DNA of 62,244 nucleotides. Source: a virus (taxonomy: Duplodnaviria > Caudoviricetes). Made by a program: the position numbers and the translations under genes. Positions 44,425-53,226 of the stretch are shown here, one piece after another (within the stretch, counting starts at the first letter, position 1; every line of letters starts with the position of its first letter). The notes beneath the pieces are model-generated. The model did not search any database and was not told the DNA's origin. It was given only the letters and a program-made list of their open reading frames with translations. The stretch covers positions 1-62,244 of the IMG/VR virus record IMGVR_UViG_3300025803_000012. One strand, given 5' to 3'.

Positions 44425-46046
44425 TGTTGCATTATCATCTCATCCATTAATCCATCACTTCCTGCAAACAAAAAATATTGAGCTATGTTGTTAGTTGTTA
44501 ACTCAGCATCAGGTATTACGTTATCTGTAAAAAATCCTTCTATGTCGTTAAGGCTTTGTTGACTATCAAAAAAAGATTTAGAGTTTCCTAACACTTGCAT
44601 TACAATTAATGTTTTTAACTGATTTGCTGAGTCATATCTACCCTTATCACCCATCTTCTTTAATATTTTTTTAGCAGCAACTTCTTTTTTAGCTTCTTCT
44701 TTTTTTACCTCGTCTTGATCCTTATCCTTTGGTTCTTCCATATCTTCTTCGCTATCTTCATTTTCTTTAGCCTTTGATACGCTCTCTTGCGGCCCAGGCT
44801 CTTCTTCCGCATCAGCTTCAGGCTCTTTAGTATCTTCTTTAGTAGGTTCATCTTGTACCTCCTCTTGTTCTGGTTCAGAAACTTCTGGTTCTGGTTCAGG
44901 TTCTGGTTCATTTACTTCTGGTTCAGGTTGCGTTTCTACTTCTGGTTTCACTACCTCTGGTTCTGGCATTTCTATCTCCATCTCCATCTCCATTTCAATT
45001 TCTGTTTCTACACTTGCCATTTCTATTTCAGGCATTTCTATTTCCATTTCTGGTATTTCTATTTCCATAACAGGCATTTCCATCTCCATTTCAATTTCTA
45101 CCATTTCATAGGAAACTTGATCGTCTGGTTCTTGTATAGGCTCTATTTCTATCTCTCCACCTGGTTGTTCAACAAAATCATTATGATCAATAATATTATC
45201 TACAATGTCTATAATTTCTGTTTCTGTACTACCTCCGTAAGCAACCCACATTTCTACACTTGTTATTGAATTTTGTACTATCGTATTGATAGTGTTATAG
45301 AGCACATTAATTGTGACGTCATCGAACAAGGGTCCTATAGCAAGATTTATATCTCTACCTCCAATTTCTATTGTTAAAGATGTTATAGTGCCTGCAAAAT
45401 CAAACCCATTTTCATATTCTTGATAGCCACTAGCTACACCTGATTCTGACAATATGTCTGTACCACTAAATACATTTGTGTTTCCGTTTTTACCTGTAAT
45501 GTGCATATAGATACGGTCTTGTGCATCTTGTTTATCTACTTTAATTGTGTAATTAGTTCTTCCTCCATTTTCTATATCAAGTGAAGATATATCAACTGTG
45601 TTGACAAACGTGGTTCCCATTCCCTCCACGCCCATTGTACTTGTACTATTTCCCGATCCTGTAATTTGTGCACACTTATCTGTTCCTAGACCATAACATC
45701 CACTACCTGATGGCATGTTTGCAGGCCCTTGGCCTCCAAAATCAAAATCCATATCGCCTTCTTTTGTAGAACTAACATAGCCATTATCACCATCCAATAA
45801 ATCACCTGAATCTTCATTGGTTACAGTTGTTGTGGTTGTTGTCGTATCAGTTGTGGTTGTTACAGTATACCCATCTGCTTCATATTCTATTGTTTCTGTA
45901 ACTACTTCATCTATTATTTCTTCAATAGTAGGAGTACATAGTCCAACTGTATCTGTTGAACAATCTACAGCTTTACTAGAAAAGGATAGGGAAACCGATA
46001 TACAGAGCCATAGCGTAAAATAAAAACTTTTGGAATTCGCCATCAC
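44403..46046 (-). CDS. Very acidic, putatively secreted protein with Glu/Pro/Met low-complexity stalk
   Basis: Signal-peptide-like N-terminus, beta-rich domain, EMEMEM and EPEPEPE tracts. Confidence 0.75.
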   Translation of the reverse strand: MMANSKSFYFTLWLCISVSLSFSSKAVDCSTDTVGLCTPTIEEIIDEVVTETIEYEADGYTVTTTTDTTTTTTTVTNEDSGDLLDGDNGYVSSTKEGDMDFDFGGQGPANMPSGSGCYGLGTDKCAQITGSGNSTSTMGVEGMGTTFVNTVDISSLDIENGGRTNYTIKVDKQDAQDRIYMHITGKNGNTNVFSGTDILSESGVASGYQEYENGFDFAGTITSLTIEIGGRDINLAIGPLFDDVTINVLYNTINTIVQNSITSVEMWVAYGGSTETEIIDIVDNIIDHNDFVEQPGGEIEIEPIQEPDDQVSYEMVEIEMEMEMPVMEIEIPEMEIEMPEIEMASVETEIEMEMEMEIEMPEPEVVKPEVETQPEPEVNEPEPEPEPEVSEPEQEEVQDEPTKEDTKEPEADAEEEPGPQESVSKAKENEDSEEDMEEPKDKDQDEVKKEEAKKEVAAKKILKKMGDKGRYDSANQLKTLIVMQVLGNSKSFFDSQQSLNDIEGFFTDNVIPDAELTTNNIAQYFLFAGSDGLMDEMIMQQWQQILE

Positions 46047-46554
46047 TTACATCCTCATTTACATTAATTTTTAAAACATCTTCATCATTAAACACTACAC
46101 TGCCTTCTGGTATCATATTTGGATTTGATTTCCATTTCTCTAAAGCTTCACTTCCAATAGCACCCATATATGGAGGCGGAGTGCCTGCCATTACTAAACT
46201 GTCAAAAACGCGTGGGTCTGTCGCTAATAATGAAATTGAGGCAACTTTAAGGCCACTAGCATACAACTGGCGGGAAAGCTTCAAAAGCTGACACAGCTCA
46301 TCGTCTACTACTATGCCCGTAGCTAAACCAAGTATATTAGTTTGAATTGCTCCTGACGTTGCTACCTTACAAATATCAGAATTGTTTACAACAACACTTG
46401 GAGCATTTGCAGTAGGTACCGATTTATCCGTCACTACCGTAGAACTGACCGTGTTCGTATCTGCAGCAAGTGCTGAGTTCATCATACTATTTAAAAAGAA
46501 TATTAGTATGGTTGCTATAATTACACCTATTGTTATTGGTTTTAACATTTCCAA
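45976..46554 (-). CDS. Membrane/secreted protein with Cys pair
   Basis: N-terminal signal/TM, PTANAPS...DIC...DELC..LKLSR and a C-terminal TM. Confidence 0.75.
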   Translation of the reverse strand: MEMLKPITIGVIIATILIFFLNSMMNSALAADTNTVSSTVVTDKSVPTANAPSVVVNNSDICKVATSGAIQTNILGLATGIVVDDELCQLLKLSRQLYASGLKVASISLLATDPRVFDSLVMAGTPPPYMGAIGSEALEKWKSNPNMIPEGSVVFNDEDVLKINVNEDVSDGEFQKFLFYAMALYIGFPILF

Positions 46555-46817
46555 CGTTTCCTTGCTTGTCGTAATCTTGAGTTAGGATTCTTTGCTGCTC
46601 CAGGAAATTTTTTCATTTGTCCTGCACTTCTTGCACAATATGATTTTCTTCTTTTTGCAGATTTAGATCCTTTTTTAACTTTGCCTGTTACAGCAGTTTT
46701 TAATTTAGAACCAGGGTTCATCGCTCTATATTTTTTGACCCCAGCTTTAGTCATTCCCGCCCCAGATTTAGTGGGGCGGAAGTTTTTTTTATTTTTCTTT
46801 GGTTGGTTGTCAGCCAT
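46542..46817 (-). CDS. Small basic protein (DUF6321-like)
   Basis: GAGMT.AG..KY...NPGSKL...RRKSYCARS.G...SRLRQARKRWKC. Confidence 0.7.
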   Translation of the reverse strand: MADNQPKKNKKNFRPTKSGAGMTKAGVKKYRAMNPGSKLKTAVTGKVKKGSKSAKRRKSYCARSAGQMKKFPGAAKNPNSRLRQARKRWKC

Positions 46818-46818
46818 A

Positions 46819-47109
46819 CTAGCCTATTACAAAAAATACAGATGCAATATTCGTCAGTGTAGCGTTTGGTTTTACTTTAAAGTTTAAACCCTCAGAACCA
46901 AAATCTATATTTTGAGTCAGTGTTGCTCCTGCTGGTGTATTAATGGTTGCTAAAGTTGCGCCGCCACTTGAGTCTTTTAAAACAACAGACCCTGCAGTAG
47001 CTTCACCTATAATATACATAGATAATACCCTAGCTGGAACTGATGTAACATCACCTGTAGCAGTAATAGTTGAAGTAGATACTCCTTCAGTTGTGTATAT
47101 CATACCCAT
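46819..47109 (-). CDS. Small head-associated protein
   Basis: 96 aa, beta-rich; downstream of the major capsid gene. Confidence 0.65.
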   Translation of the reverse strand: MGMIYTTEGVSTSTITATGDVTSVPARVLSMYIIGEATAGSVVLKDSSGGATLATINTPAGATLTQNIDFGSEGLNFKVKPNATLTNIASVFFVIG

Positions 47110-47117
47110 GCTAACCT

Positions 47118-47579
47118 CTAACTTAAGTTAATATTTTGTTGATATAGAATAGTAACTCTACATTCACCAGCATTTGTTCCTGCCGAGTTAGTAAAGTTAA
47201 GTCTTTGATCCGAAGTTCCAATGTCTTCCCAAGCAAGTGCTCCACCTGCTTTTGTTGTTGGATATTGTCTGCCCGCAGTTGTTCCAATCGTATAAGCATT
47301 TACAAGTGCAGTAGCTGAGCCACCAACAAAACCAACACTAATGTTAGTAGTAGTGTTTGCTGCTGTAATAATGTCAAAAACACAATCAATAATTTGTGAA
47401 TTTGCTGGTATTATTACATTAGATGCGACTGCCGCAAGTGCACCGCCAGATAAATCAATAGCATGTGTTTGTGCCATTACAACCTGACCAGTATTTTTCA
47501 TATCAGTACCAACCGTAGTACCTGTAGTTTCTTTAATTGTTCCAGCCTTTATAGGACCAGAAAATGTAGTTGTACCCAT
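47118..47579 (-). CDS. Head-associated / minor capsid protein
   Basis: MGTTTFSGPIKAG N-terminus; strong SD AGGAGG. Confidence 0.7.
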   Translation of the reverse strand: MGTTTFSGPIKAGTIKETTGTTVGTDMKNTGQVVMAQTHAIDLSGGALAAVASNVIIPANSQIIDCVFDIITAANTTTNISVGFVGGSATALVNAYTIGTTAGRQYPTTKAGGALAWEDIGTSDQRLNFTNSAGTNAGECRVTILYQQNINLS

Positions 47580-47631
47580 GTCAACCTCCTTTTAGTTGTC
47601 TGTTAAGTCTTGAGTAATTTGTATTTTAAAA

Positions 47632-47660
47632 CAAAAAAGGCGCTCTTACAAGCGCCTTCT
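47632..47660 (-). terminator. Rho-independent terminator after the major capsid gene
   Basis: Minus strand reads AAGGCGCT-TGTAAG-AGCGCCTT followed by TTTT. Confidence 0.85.
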
Positions 47661-47685
47661 TTGATCTGGGAGGATCCAGTATTTT

Positions 47686-48588
47686 TTACGAACCTTGTGA
47701 CGCGTAAACAGCTCTAGGATCTGAGTAACCAAAGCTGTATCTCTCTCTTGCTTTGTATCTCATGTTTCCTGTATCAAAATCGCCTTCCATGCCAGTAGCA
47801 AGGGCAGCTCTTGTGAAGTGTTTAAATCCATTAGGACAATCTGTTTTAATGAAATATGCATCCGTATCCGTTAGATAATGGTTAACTGTGTAACCACCTG
47901 GTAGCATTCCCATATTTTTCAGAGCGTTAATGTCATTGTCAGCAGTACCAACTCTGAGTGTGGATTCTAAGATCCTATCAGCTACAAATTGAATGTTAAC
48001 AGGAATAATTAATTTCTGTCCTTTCATTGCAATTTTTAACCCTCTTTCGTCGATAAAACCAGCAATGTCAATCATCGCTTGTTCTAATGAAACATCAGTA
48101 AGGTCAGCATCAGTAGCACTTCTGTTTGAGAAGGTACCACCAAGTGCTGTTGGGTGAGCGGTGCTAGCTAAAGTAACTCCGTCTCCACCAGTGACTGAAA
48201 ACGCATTATTTAATACGTTAGCGCCTCTTACTTGTTTCGTGTAAGCCATAGATCTTGCTAGGGCTTTAGTGTAACGAGCAGATAAAGTATCATACAAGTT
48301 ATCTTCGACAGCTTCCTCAGTTAATGCAAACGCTAAAGCGATTGTATCATGAGTGTATCTAGCAGTAAAAGATTCAGAAGCGGTATCAAAACCAACTGCT
48401 GATCCTTCTGCTTTTACATTTGCTTGTCCGAATCCAACTAACATAACTTCTTCTTCAAAAGCTCTATCACTTGTTTCTTGCTCAAAAATTTGAGCAGCTT
48501 CGTTTTCGTAGCGTGCGTATTCCAAACCGAACAGGGCGTTCAAACCAGGTTCTAGTTCTTTGGCAAGCTGTGCTCTATTAATAGCCAT
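47686..48588 (-). CDS. Major capsid protein
   Basis: MAINRAQLAKELEPGLNALFGLEY...EGDFDTGNMRYKARERYSFG; lies after scaffold and decoration genes and before a terminator. Confidence 0.92.
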   Translation of the reverse strand: MAINRAQLAKELEPGLNALFGLEYARYENEAAQIFEQETSDRAFEEEVMLVGFGQANVKAEGSAVGFDTASESFTARYTHDTIALAFALTEEAVEDNLYDTLSARYTKALARSMAYTKQVRGANVLNNAFSVTGGDGVTLASTAHPTALGGTFSNRSATDADLTDVSLEQAMIDIAGFIDERGLKIAMKGQKLIIPVNIQFVADRILESTLRVGTADNDINALKNMGMLPGGYTVNHYLTDTDAYFIKTDCPNGFKHFTRAALATGMEGDFDTGNMRYKARERYSFGYSDPRAVYASQGS

Positions 48589-48598
48589 ATCCTATCTC

Positions 48599-49216
48599 CT
48601 ATATTCCTGATGTTGAGTCCATAAAATGAACGTTAAGTTTTACGACCGCTAATCGGCCTGCTGCAGTTTTATCAACCGCGCCTTCTGCTACTGAAGCTTC
48701 GTCATCAAATCCTACAACTTTCATATTTAATGAAGCAGTAGTATTAACTGTTGCTACATCTAGTTCTCCTAAAGAGTAACCAGAAGTATTAGTTCCAGTA
48801 ATTGCTGTTGCGAAGTTAGCATTAATAAACAGATTTGAATCAGGCATTGCTCCGTTACAATTAATAACGAATAATGCGTGAGGGTTATCTGCTACATAAG
48901 CTATAGCTTCTGTTGACGGCTTGATTGCCGCATATCCAGGCCAGTATGGTGCCCATGTTGGAGTTCCATCAGTTGCAATGTATTTACAACCCATAAAAAC
49001 ACCTAACAAAGGTACAGTACCGCCTGCCGCAGCGCCAGGTACATCTATTAATCCGCTAGCTAGAGGGATGACTGGGGTTCCAGTCCAAATCAAACTTGTT
49101 GTTCCACTACTTGAGCCTTCAAAATTAATAGGATACGCATTAACGCCTTGGTTATTATAATTTGAGCCTGATCTTTCGTAAGGACGAAGACCAAAAGCTG
49201 CATCTATATTAGCCAT
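48599..49216 (-). CDS. Capsid cement/decoration protein (putative)
   Basis: MAN.DAAFGLRP...LGVFMGC.Y...V.DNP pattern; immediately before the MCP gene. Confidence 0.7.
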   Translation of the reverse strand: MANIDAAFGLRPYERSGSNYNNQGVNAYPINFEGSSSGTTSLIWTGTPVIPLASGLIDVPGAAAGGTVPLLGVFMGCKYIATDGTPTWAPYWPGYAAIKPSTEAIAYVADNPHALFVINCNGAMPDSNLFINANFATAITGTNTSGYSLGELDVATVNTTASLNMKVVGFDDEASVAEGAVDKTAAGRLAVVKLNVHFMDSTSGI

Positions 49217-49262
49217 AATTTGTCTCCTTTAGACAATGTTGGTGTAACATAGATCTTAACCA

Positions 49263-49730
49263 TTAAGATTTTTTGTTTCCACCAAATTCTACCCGAGATT
49301 GCCTATCTTGTGAAATTGGCATGGAGGGGTGCTCTTCCCTCATAAGGTCGTTGTCAACTGATTTTTGTTGATCGTTAGTTAAATTAGCAAAATATTCATC
49401 TCTTGATTCTTTAACTTCAATCGGACATCTCATTAACATTAATCCACCTACTGCAATAGTGCCTTTAAATTTTCCCTCACTTAAATGAGGTAAATCTATC
49501 CTGTCTGGATATTCATCTGCTTTCACAGGTTCATATCCCGATCTGATTCTAGAAACTACATTTTTATCATCTTGTGTACCTCTATACTCAAATCTTACCC
49601 ACCGATGGTGAAAACCTTCTGGTGGCTCAGGGGCATCTAAATTAGATGGCGGAACCCAACCTTTTTTACGAGTTTTTTGTTCACGGGTTTCTAATTTGCG
49701 TGAGGTTTTTTGTTTACTATCTATAGTCAT
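49263..49730 (-). CDS. Conserved head-module protein
   Basis: WVPPSNLDAP.PP.GF.HRWVR...GYEPV...GGLMLMR.P pattern. Confidence 0.75.
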   Translation of the reverse strand: MTIDSKQKTSRKLETREQKTRKKGWVPPSNLDAPEPPEGFHHRWVRFEYRGTQDDKNVVSRIRSGYEPVKADEYPDRIDLPHLSEGKFKGTIAVGGLMLMRCPIEVKESRDEYFANLTNDQQKSVDNDLMREEHPSMPISQDRQSRVEFGGNKKS

Positions 49731-49731
49731 A

Positions 49732-50640
49732 TTACGCCTCCTTCACGTGTTTTGCGTACTCTTCAAGTGGCACACCAAGTCTTTTAGCTATTGCTATCTG
49801 GGAGGGTGTGAGTCTCACTACTTTGCGTCCATTTTTTGTCGATCTATTAGCAGAGGCAACCGTTTGGACTCTTCGGCTGTCTTTGTTCTTATCCTCGAAT
49901 TTATGAGGAAACTCTTTTTTTATTCGTTTGTCAAGCTCATTATAATACTCATCTGTCTTGCCGTCAAACCCTTCTTCAGAAATTAATTTTTTATGAAAAG
50001 ATAAAGCCGTAAAAGTCATTGCTTCATCTTTACCAAACCACTCATTTTTTTCTGCCCAAGCTTCTGCTTTTGGATCAGGTTGAGCTTGTTTAGGAGGAGG
50101 AGGAGTAGAAGTAGGAGGAGTAGGATCATTTTTTAAATTTTCTTTTATTTGCTCTCTTTGTTTTATAGAAGAATTAGCTCTTTCTTCTTCAATTGCTAAT
50201 CTAGCGATTGCTTTTTGAGCTTCTACTTGAGCTTTTACATCTCCAGCATTTATTGCTGATTGAAGTACAGATTCCGCTTTATTAAGTTCTGATTTAACTC
50301 TAGCAGAATATTCATTAATATATCCTTCATCAACTTTAGTCATTTTGCCTTTAAGAGTGTCTCTTTCTTCTTTTACAGATTTAGCATACACTAAGGCTTC
50401 TTCTTTTTGACGTTCTGCTTCTCTAATTTTAAAAGTAAGTTTATCAATTCTTTTTTTGACTGATTGTGAATATTCTTCCCCTTCTTCACTTGTAACTGTT
50501 TCTTCATTAGTAGAAACTTCTGCAACTGTTTCTTCTAAATCATCATTTTTATTTTCTATCTCTATATCCATTGATTCACCAGATGTATCTATTGGAATAG
50601 TTTTATTAGTCTCTTCTTTAGTATTTAATATTGTTGGCAT
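49732..50640 (-). CDS. Scaffolding protein (putative)
   Basis: Acidic N-terminus, long coiled coil, PDPKAEAWAEKNEWFG and C-terminal IAKRLGVPLEEYAK. Confidence 0.75.
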   Translation of the reverse strand: MPTILNTKEETNKTIPIDTSGESMDIEIENKNDDLEETVAEVSTNEETVTSEEGEEYSQSVKKRIDKLTFKIREAERQKEEALVYAKSVKEERDTLKGKMTKVDEGYINEYSARVKSELNKAESVLQSAINAGDVKAQVEAQKAIARLAIEEERANSSIKQREQIKENLKNDPTPPTSTPPPPKQAQPDPKAEAWAEKNEWFGKDEAMTFTALSFHKKLISEEGFDGKTDEYYNELDKRIKKEFPHKFEDKNKDSRRVQTVASANRSTKNGRKVVRLTPSQIAIAKRLGVPLEEYAKHVKEA

Positions 50641-50652
50641 GGGCCCTCCATG

Positions 50653-51072
50653 TTAAATTAAGTTAGCTGGCAAAATATCTCGAGGATCTTCGACAACTGC
50701 CAGTACTTCATCGTCGTTGATTATACGAAGTTCACCACCATCAATGCTAAGTCTAGCTCCTGCATATTTTGTAATGATAATCCAATCGTCTTTCTTGCAC
50801 CATGCACCATTAGGAAATTTATCTTTATCCATGTAAGCATCAGGACCTACGGCAATAACTTTACAAATATTAGTAGCAATTGAAGCTTGTTCAATAGCGG
50901 TATCTGTAAGAATTACACCTCCTGCTGTTTTACCTTCTAATTTTAAAGGAAATAAAACAAGACGATATCCTGTTGGTTTAGGTACTTTTTCTATATCTTT
51001 TTTCTGTGTTTCTTTTTTTTTACCATCCCAAATATGTTTTGGCATAATAAGTTTACTTTCTGGTTTATTCAT
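50653..51072 (-). CDS. groES: Co-chaperonin GroES-like protein
   Basis: PTGYRLV, KTAGGVIL mobile loop, VIAVGPDAY, KYAG and RIINDDEVLAVV motifs. Confidence 0.9.
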   Translation of the reverse strand: MNKPESKLIMPKHIWDGKKKETQKKDIEKVPKPTGYRLVLFPLKLEGKTAGGVILTDTAIEQASIATNICKVIAVGPDAYMDKDKFPNGAWCKKDDWIIITKYAGARLSIDGGELRIINDDEVLAVVEDPRDILPANLI

Positions 51073-51259
51073 CCGATAGCTCCTGTTTTTTTAGCAGGTC
51101 CGTGAGTTCCTGTACTTCTTGTTTTAAAGCATGTAACTTTCCCGTTAAATACTTATATTCGTCCCAATTTGGAACGCCTTGTAATATAGCTTGTTCTACG
51201 GTTGCTTGTCTAGCAATTAATTCTTTTTTGTAATAGGTAAAAAAATTTTCTAAGCGCAT
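51065..51259 (-). CDS. Hypothetical helical protein
   Basis: 64 aa; G...WDEYKYLTG pattern; immediately upstream of the GroES-like gene. Confidence 0.7.
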   Translation of the reverse strand: MRLENFFTYYKKELIARQATVEQAILQGVPNWDEYKYLTGKLHALKQEVQELTDLLKKQELSDE

Positions 51260-51690
51260 GATTTCATTTGGTCAGCTAATTTTTTGCAACGATTTGGAGT
51301 TTGTTTATTCCATTTCGAGTCGAGCATCTCATAGCTCGCACCAATAAAATTGCTTTCCTGCAGGCATTTCCACATCATACGGAACTTGGACACGCCTGTA
51401 GGGCCAAGCTGAAATACCATTTCGGTAATGGTATGCTGCGCTGTTGTAGGTAAATCAGTTACACCATGTTCTTCCATAAGTGTTCTAGCTTTACCTATTG
51501 CATTATTTAAATCTTTATCAAATACTTCTTGTAGTTCTTCTTTTGTGTAAGTCTTACCATCTTCAAACTTATCTTCGTGTACTACTTTATGGCCCCAGCC
51601 TATTGTGCGAAATCCTTCAGTGTCTATGTAAACGTGATCTCTGAAGCCTTCGGATAATTTTACGGAACCAGCTAATTCGTCGTATGTCAT
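51250..51690 (-). CDS. Phage lysozyme (GH24, T4-like)
   Basis: EGFR...YIDTEG..TIGWGH catalytic E-8-D-5-T pattern; MVFQLG and EMLDSKW..QTPNR. Confidence 0.9.
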   Translation of the reverse strand: MTYDELAGSVKLSEGFRDHVYIDTEGFRTIGWGHKVVHEDKFEDGKTYTKEELQEVFDKDLNNAIGKARTLMEEHGVTDLPTTAQHTITEMVFQLGPTGVSKFRMMWKCLQESNFIGASYEMLDSKWNKQTPNRCKKLADQMKSCA

Positions 51691-51875
51691 GTAAATATTC
51701 TTGTTGTTGGCCTTTTGTCTGGTAACATTCTACCAAAACCTCTTGGATTTACGGTTATATAGCCTCCATTAGATTTTTTTACAATCTTATTTCCATGTTT
51801 TTTTGCCCAACTTTTTGCTATCTTAGGCTCATTTGCATAAAGATATGCTCTTTGTTTTTTAGAACGAAAGGGCAT
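51687..51875 (-). CDS. Small basic protein
   Basis: MPFRSKKQRAYLYANEPKIAK.W; contains KSNGG. Confidence 0.7.
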   Translation of the reverse strand: MPFRSKKQRAYLYANEPKIAKSWAKKHGNKIVKKSNGGYITVNPRGFGRMLPDKRPTTRIFT

Positions 51876-52183
51876 TAAGTTTTCTTTTTAGGTTTAAAAG
51901 CAGTTTTAGCTGATTGTTTTAAAGCTTTTGCGGAAACGGTGCCTTTTCCAGGTCGACTCGTGCCCTCTTTTTTGCGTTTGTTCATGTTGTAATAAAGTCC
52001 CTTTTTAACAGTTCTTCCATCTTTAGTTACATAAGTTCCTTTACTTGCTTTAATAACAGAACCTTCTCTCGAACCTTTTGCTATGCCACCATTTTTTTTC
52101 TTAATAACTCCTCTGCCAATTAAAACATCTTTACGAGTTATTTTACCATCACCACTTAAATCTTTTAATTTTCTTTTTTTCAT
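51875..52183 (-). CDS. Small basic protein with EF-hand-like loop
   Basis: DLSGDGKITRKD and KKNGG motifs. Confidence 0.7.
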   Translation of the reverse strand: MKKRKLKDLSGDGKITRKDVLIGRGVIKKKNGGIAKGSREGSVIKASKGTYVTKDGRTVKKGLYYNMNKRKKEGTSRPGKGTVSAKALKQSAKTAFKPKKKT

Positions 52184-52593
52184 TTTGTTAAACCTTTCGC
52201 TTTTTCAAAAGTGCGGAGTCCCGATACGCCCAACATTGAAGTGACAATTGCTAGAAGGGGCCCAGTTTCTATAGCAGGTGGAACAATATCCATACCTGAA
52301 AATTTTGCATACCAATCAATACAGGGAGATAGGATAAAGGCGAAGAACAGCGCTAGCGCTCCGCACCAGCCAATCGCGGGTCGCCAGCCAGCAACGAATA
52401 CGCTGCGATGGCTGGCTTCCTTTGCATTAACATCTAATTGTTTTTCTGCAAGCTTTTGTTGAATGCGTTGCATGATAATTTTTTTATCTAATTTCTCTTC
52501 TTCTGATGTATGAATTGAATCGATAACGGAAGCTACTTGTTTTAAAGCGCCATCTTTACCGCCTAGTAAACCAGATAGCAATCCGAATGCCAT
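52180..52593 (-). CDS. Holin (GTA-type 3TM family)
   Basis: EA.H.S.FVAGWRPAIGW...MLG..GLRTFEK pattern. Confidence 0.85.
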   Translation of the reverse strand: MAFGLLSGLLGGKDGALKQVASVIDSIHTSEEEKLDKKIIMQRIQQKLAEKQLDVNAKEASHRSVFVAGWRPAIGWCGALALFFAFILSPCIDWYAKFSGMDIVPPAIETGPLLAIVTSMLGVSGLRTFEKAKGLTK

Positions 52594-52712
52594 TAAATAG
52601 CTCCGATAATAACGATTACGATTATAGCTACAATAGCAGCTTTAATCCAATCCTTCATTTTCCAGTCGCTCCACTCTTTAAGGTGAGCCCATAGATCTTT
52701 TAATAGGTTCAT
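52593..52712 (-). CDS. Small membrane peptide (39 aa, not in ORF track)
   Basis: MNLLKDLWAHLKEWSDWKMKDWIKAAIVAIIVIVIIGAI; SD AGGAGG; TAATG overlap with the holin. Confidence 0.7.
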   Translation of the reverse strand: MNLLKDLWAHLKEWSDWKMKDWIKAAIVAIIVIVIIGAI

Positions 52713-52741
52713 AAAACCTCCTTTGTTAAAACAGGATTATA

Positions 52742-52981
52742 CTATTTTAAACCTTTGAATGCTACTTTTTTAATTTGAACTTTACTACGTTGTCCTTTTG
52801 GTCCAGATCCTAAGTTTTGTGTAACTTTTGGTCCTTCCATTGTTGCACTATAAACATCAGCTATTGCAGTTTGATTTACATGGGGTCCTGCATAAGGATT
52901 CATATCTTTTGAAACTGTCATTTTAGCATTTGGATATAGAGAACCATTTATAAATTTTGGTTTTGGATTATTTAATGCCAT
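52742..52981 (-). CDS. Hypothetical protein
   Basis: 79 aa; SD AGGAG. Confidence 0.7.
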   Translation of the reverse strand: MALNNPKPKFINGSLYPNAKMTVSKDMNPYAGPHVNQTAIADVYSATMEGPKVTQNLGSGPKGQRSKVQIKKVAFKGLK

Positions 52982-52989
52982 GTTATCTC

Positions 52990-53226
52990 CTAGTGAATTG
53001 TTGGTTTATCTTCATCTAATTCTTGTAAAGCATGTTGAATAAATAGTAAAGTCTGGTCTTCACTATATCCTTTACCTTCAAACAATTCTTTTACTTTAAC
53101 CATTAAAACTTCTGCCATAATTAAAGCTAAATGATCACTAGTTACTGTATCTTTGACAAATTTATCAAGAAGATCAATGTAACTATCAAATAGTTGTTGT
53201 GGTGTTATTAATGTTTTATTTAGCAT
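52990..53226 (-). CDS. Hypothetical protein
   Basis: Start trimmed from 53262; ends in PTIH. Confidence 0.65.
   Translation of the reverse strand: MLNKTLITPQQLFDSYIDLLDKFVKDTVTSDHLALIMAEVLMVKVKELFEGKGYSEDQTLLFIQHALQELDEDKPTIH

Noticed and set aside
44705-45269. Alternative ORFs 44787..45269 (+) and 44705..44911 (-)
   Set aside because: Shadow frames of the low-complexity Glu/Pro/Met tract of 44403..46046.
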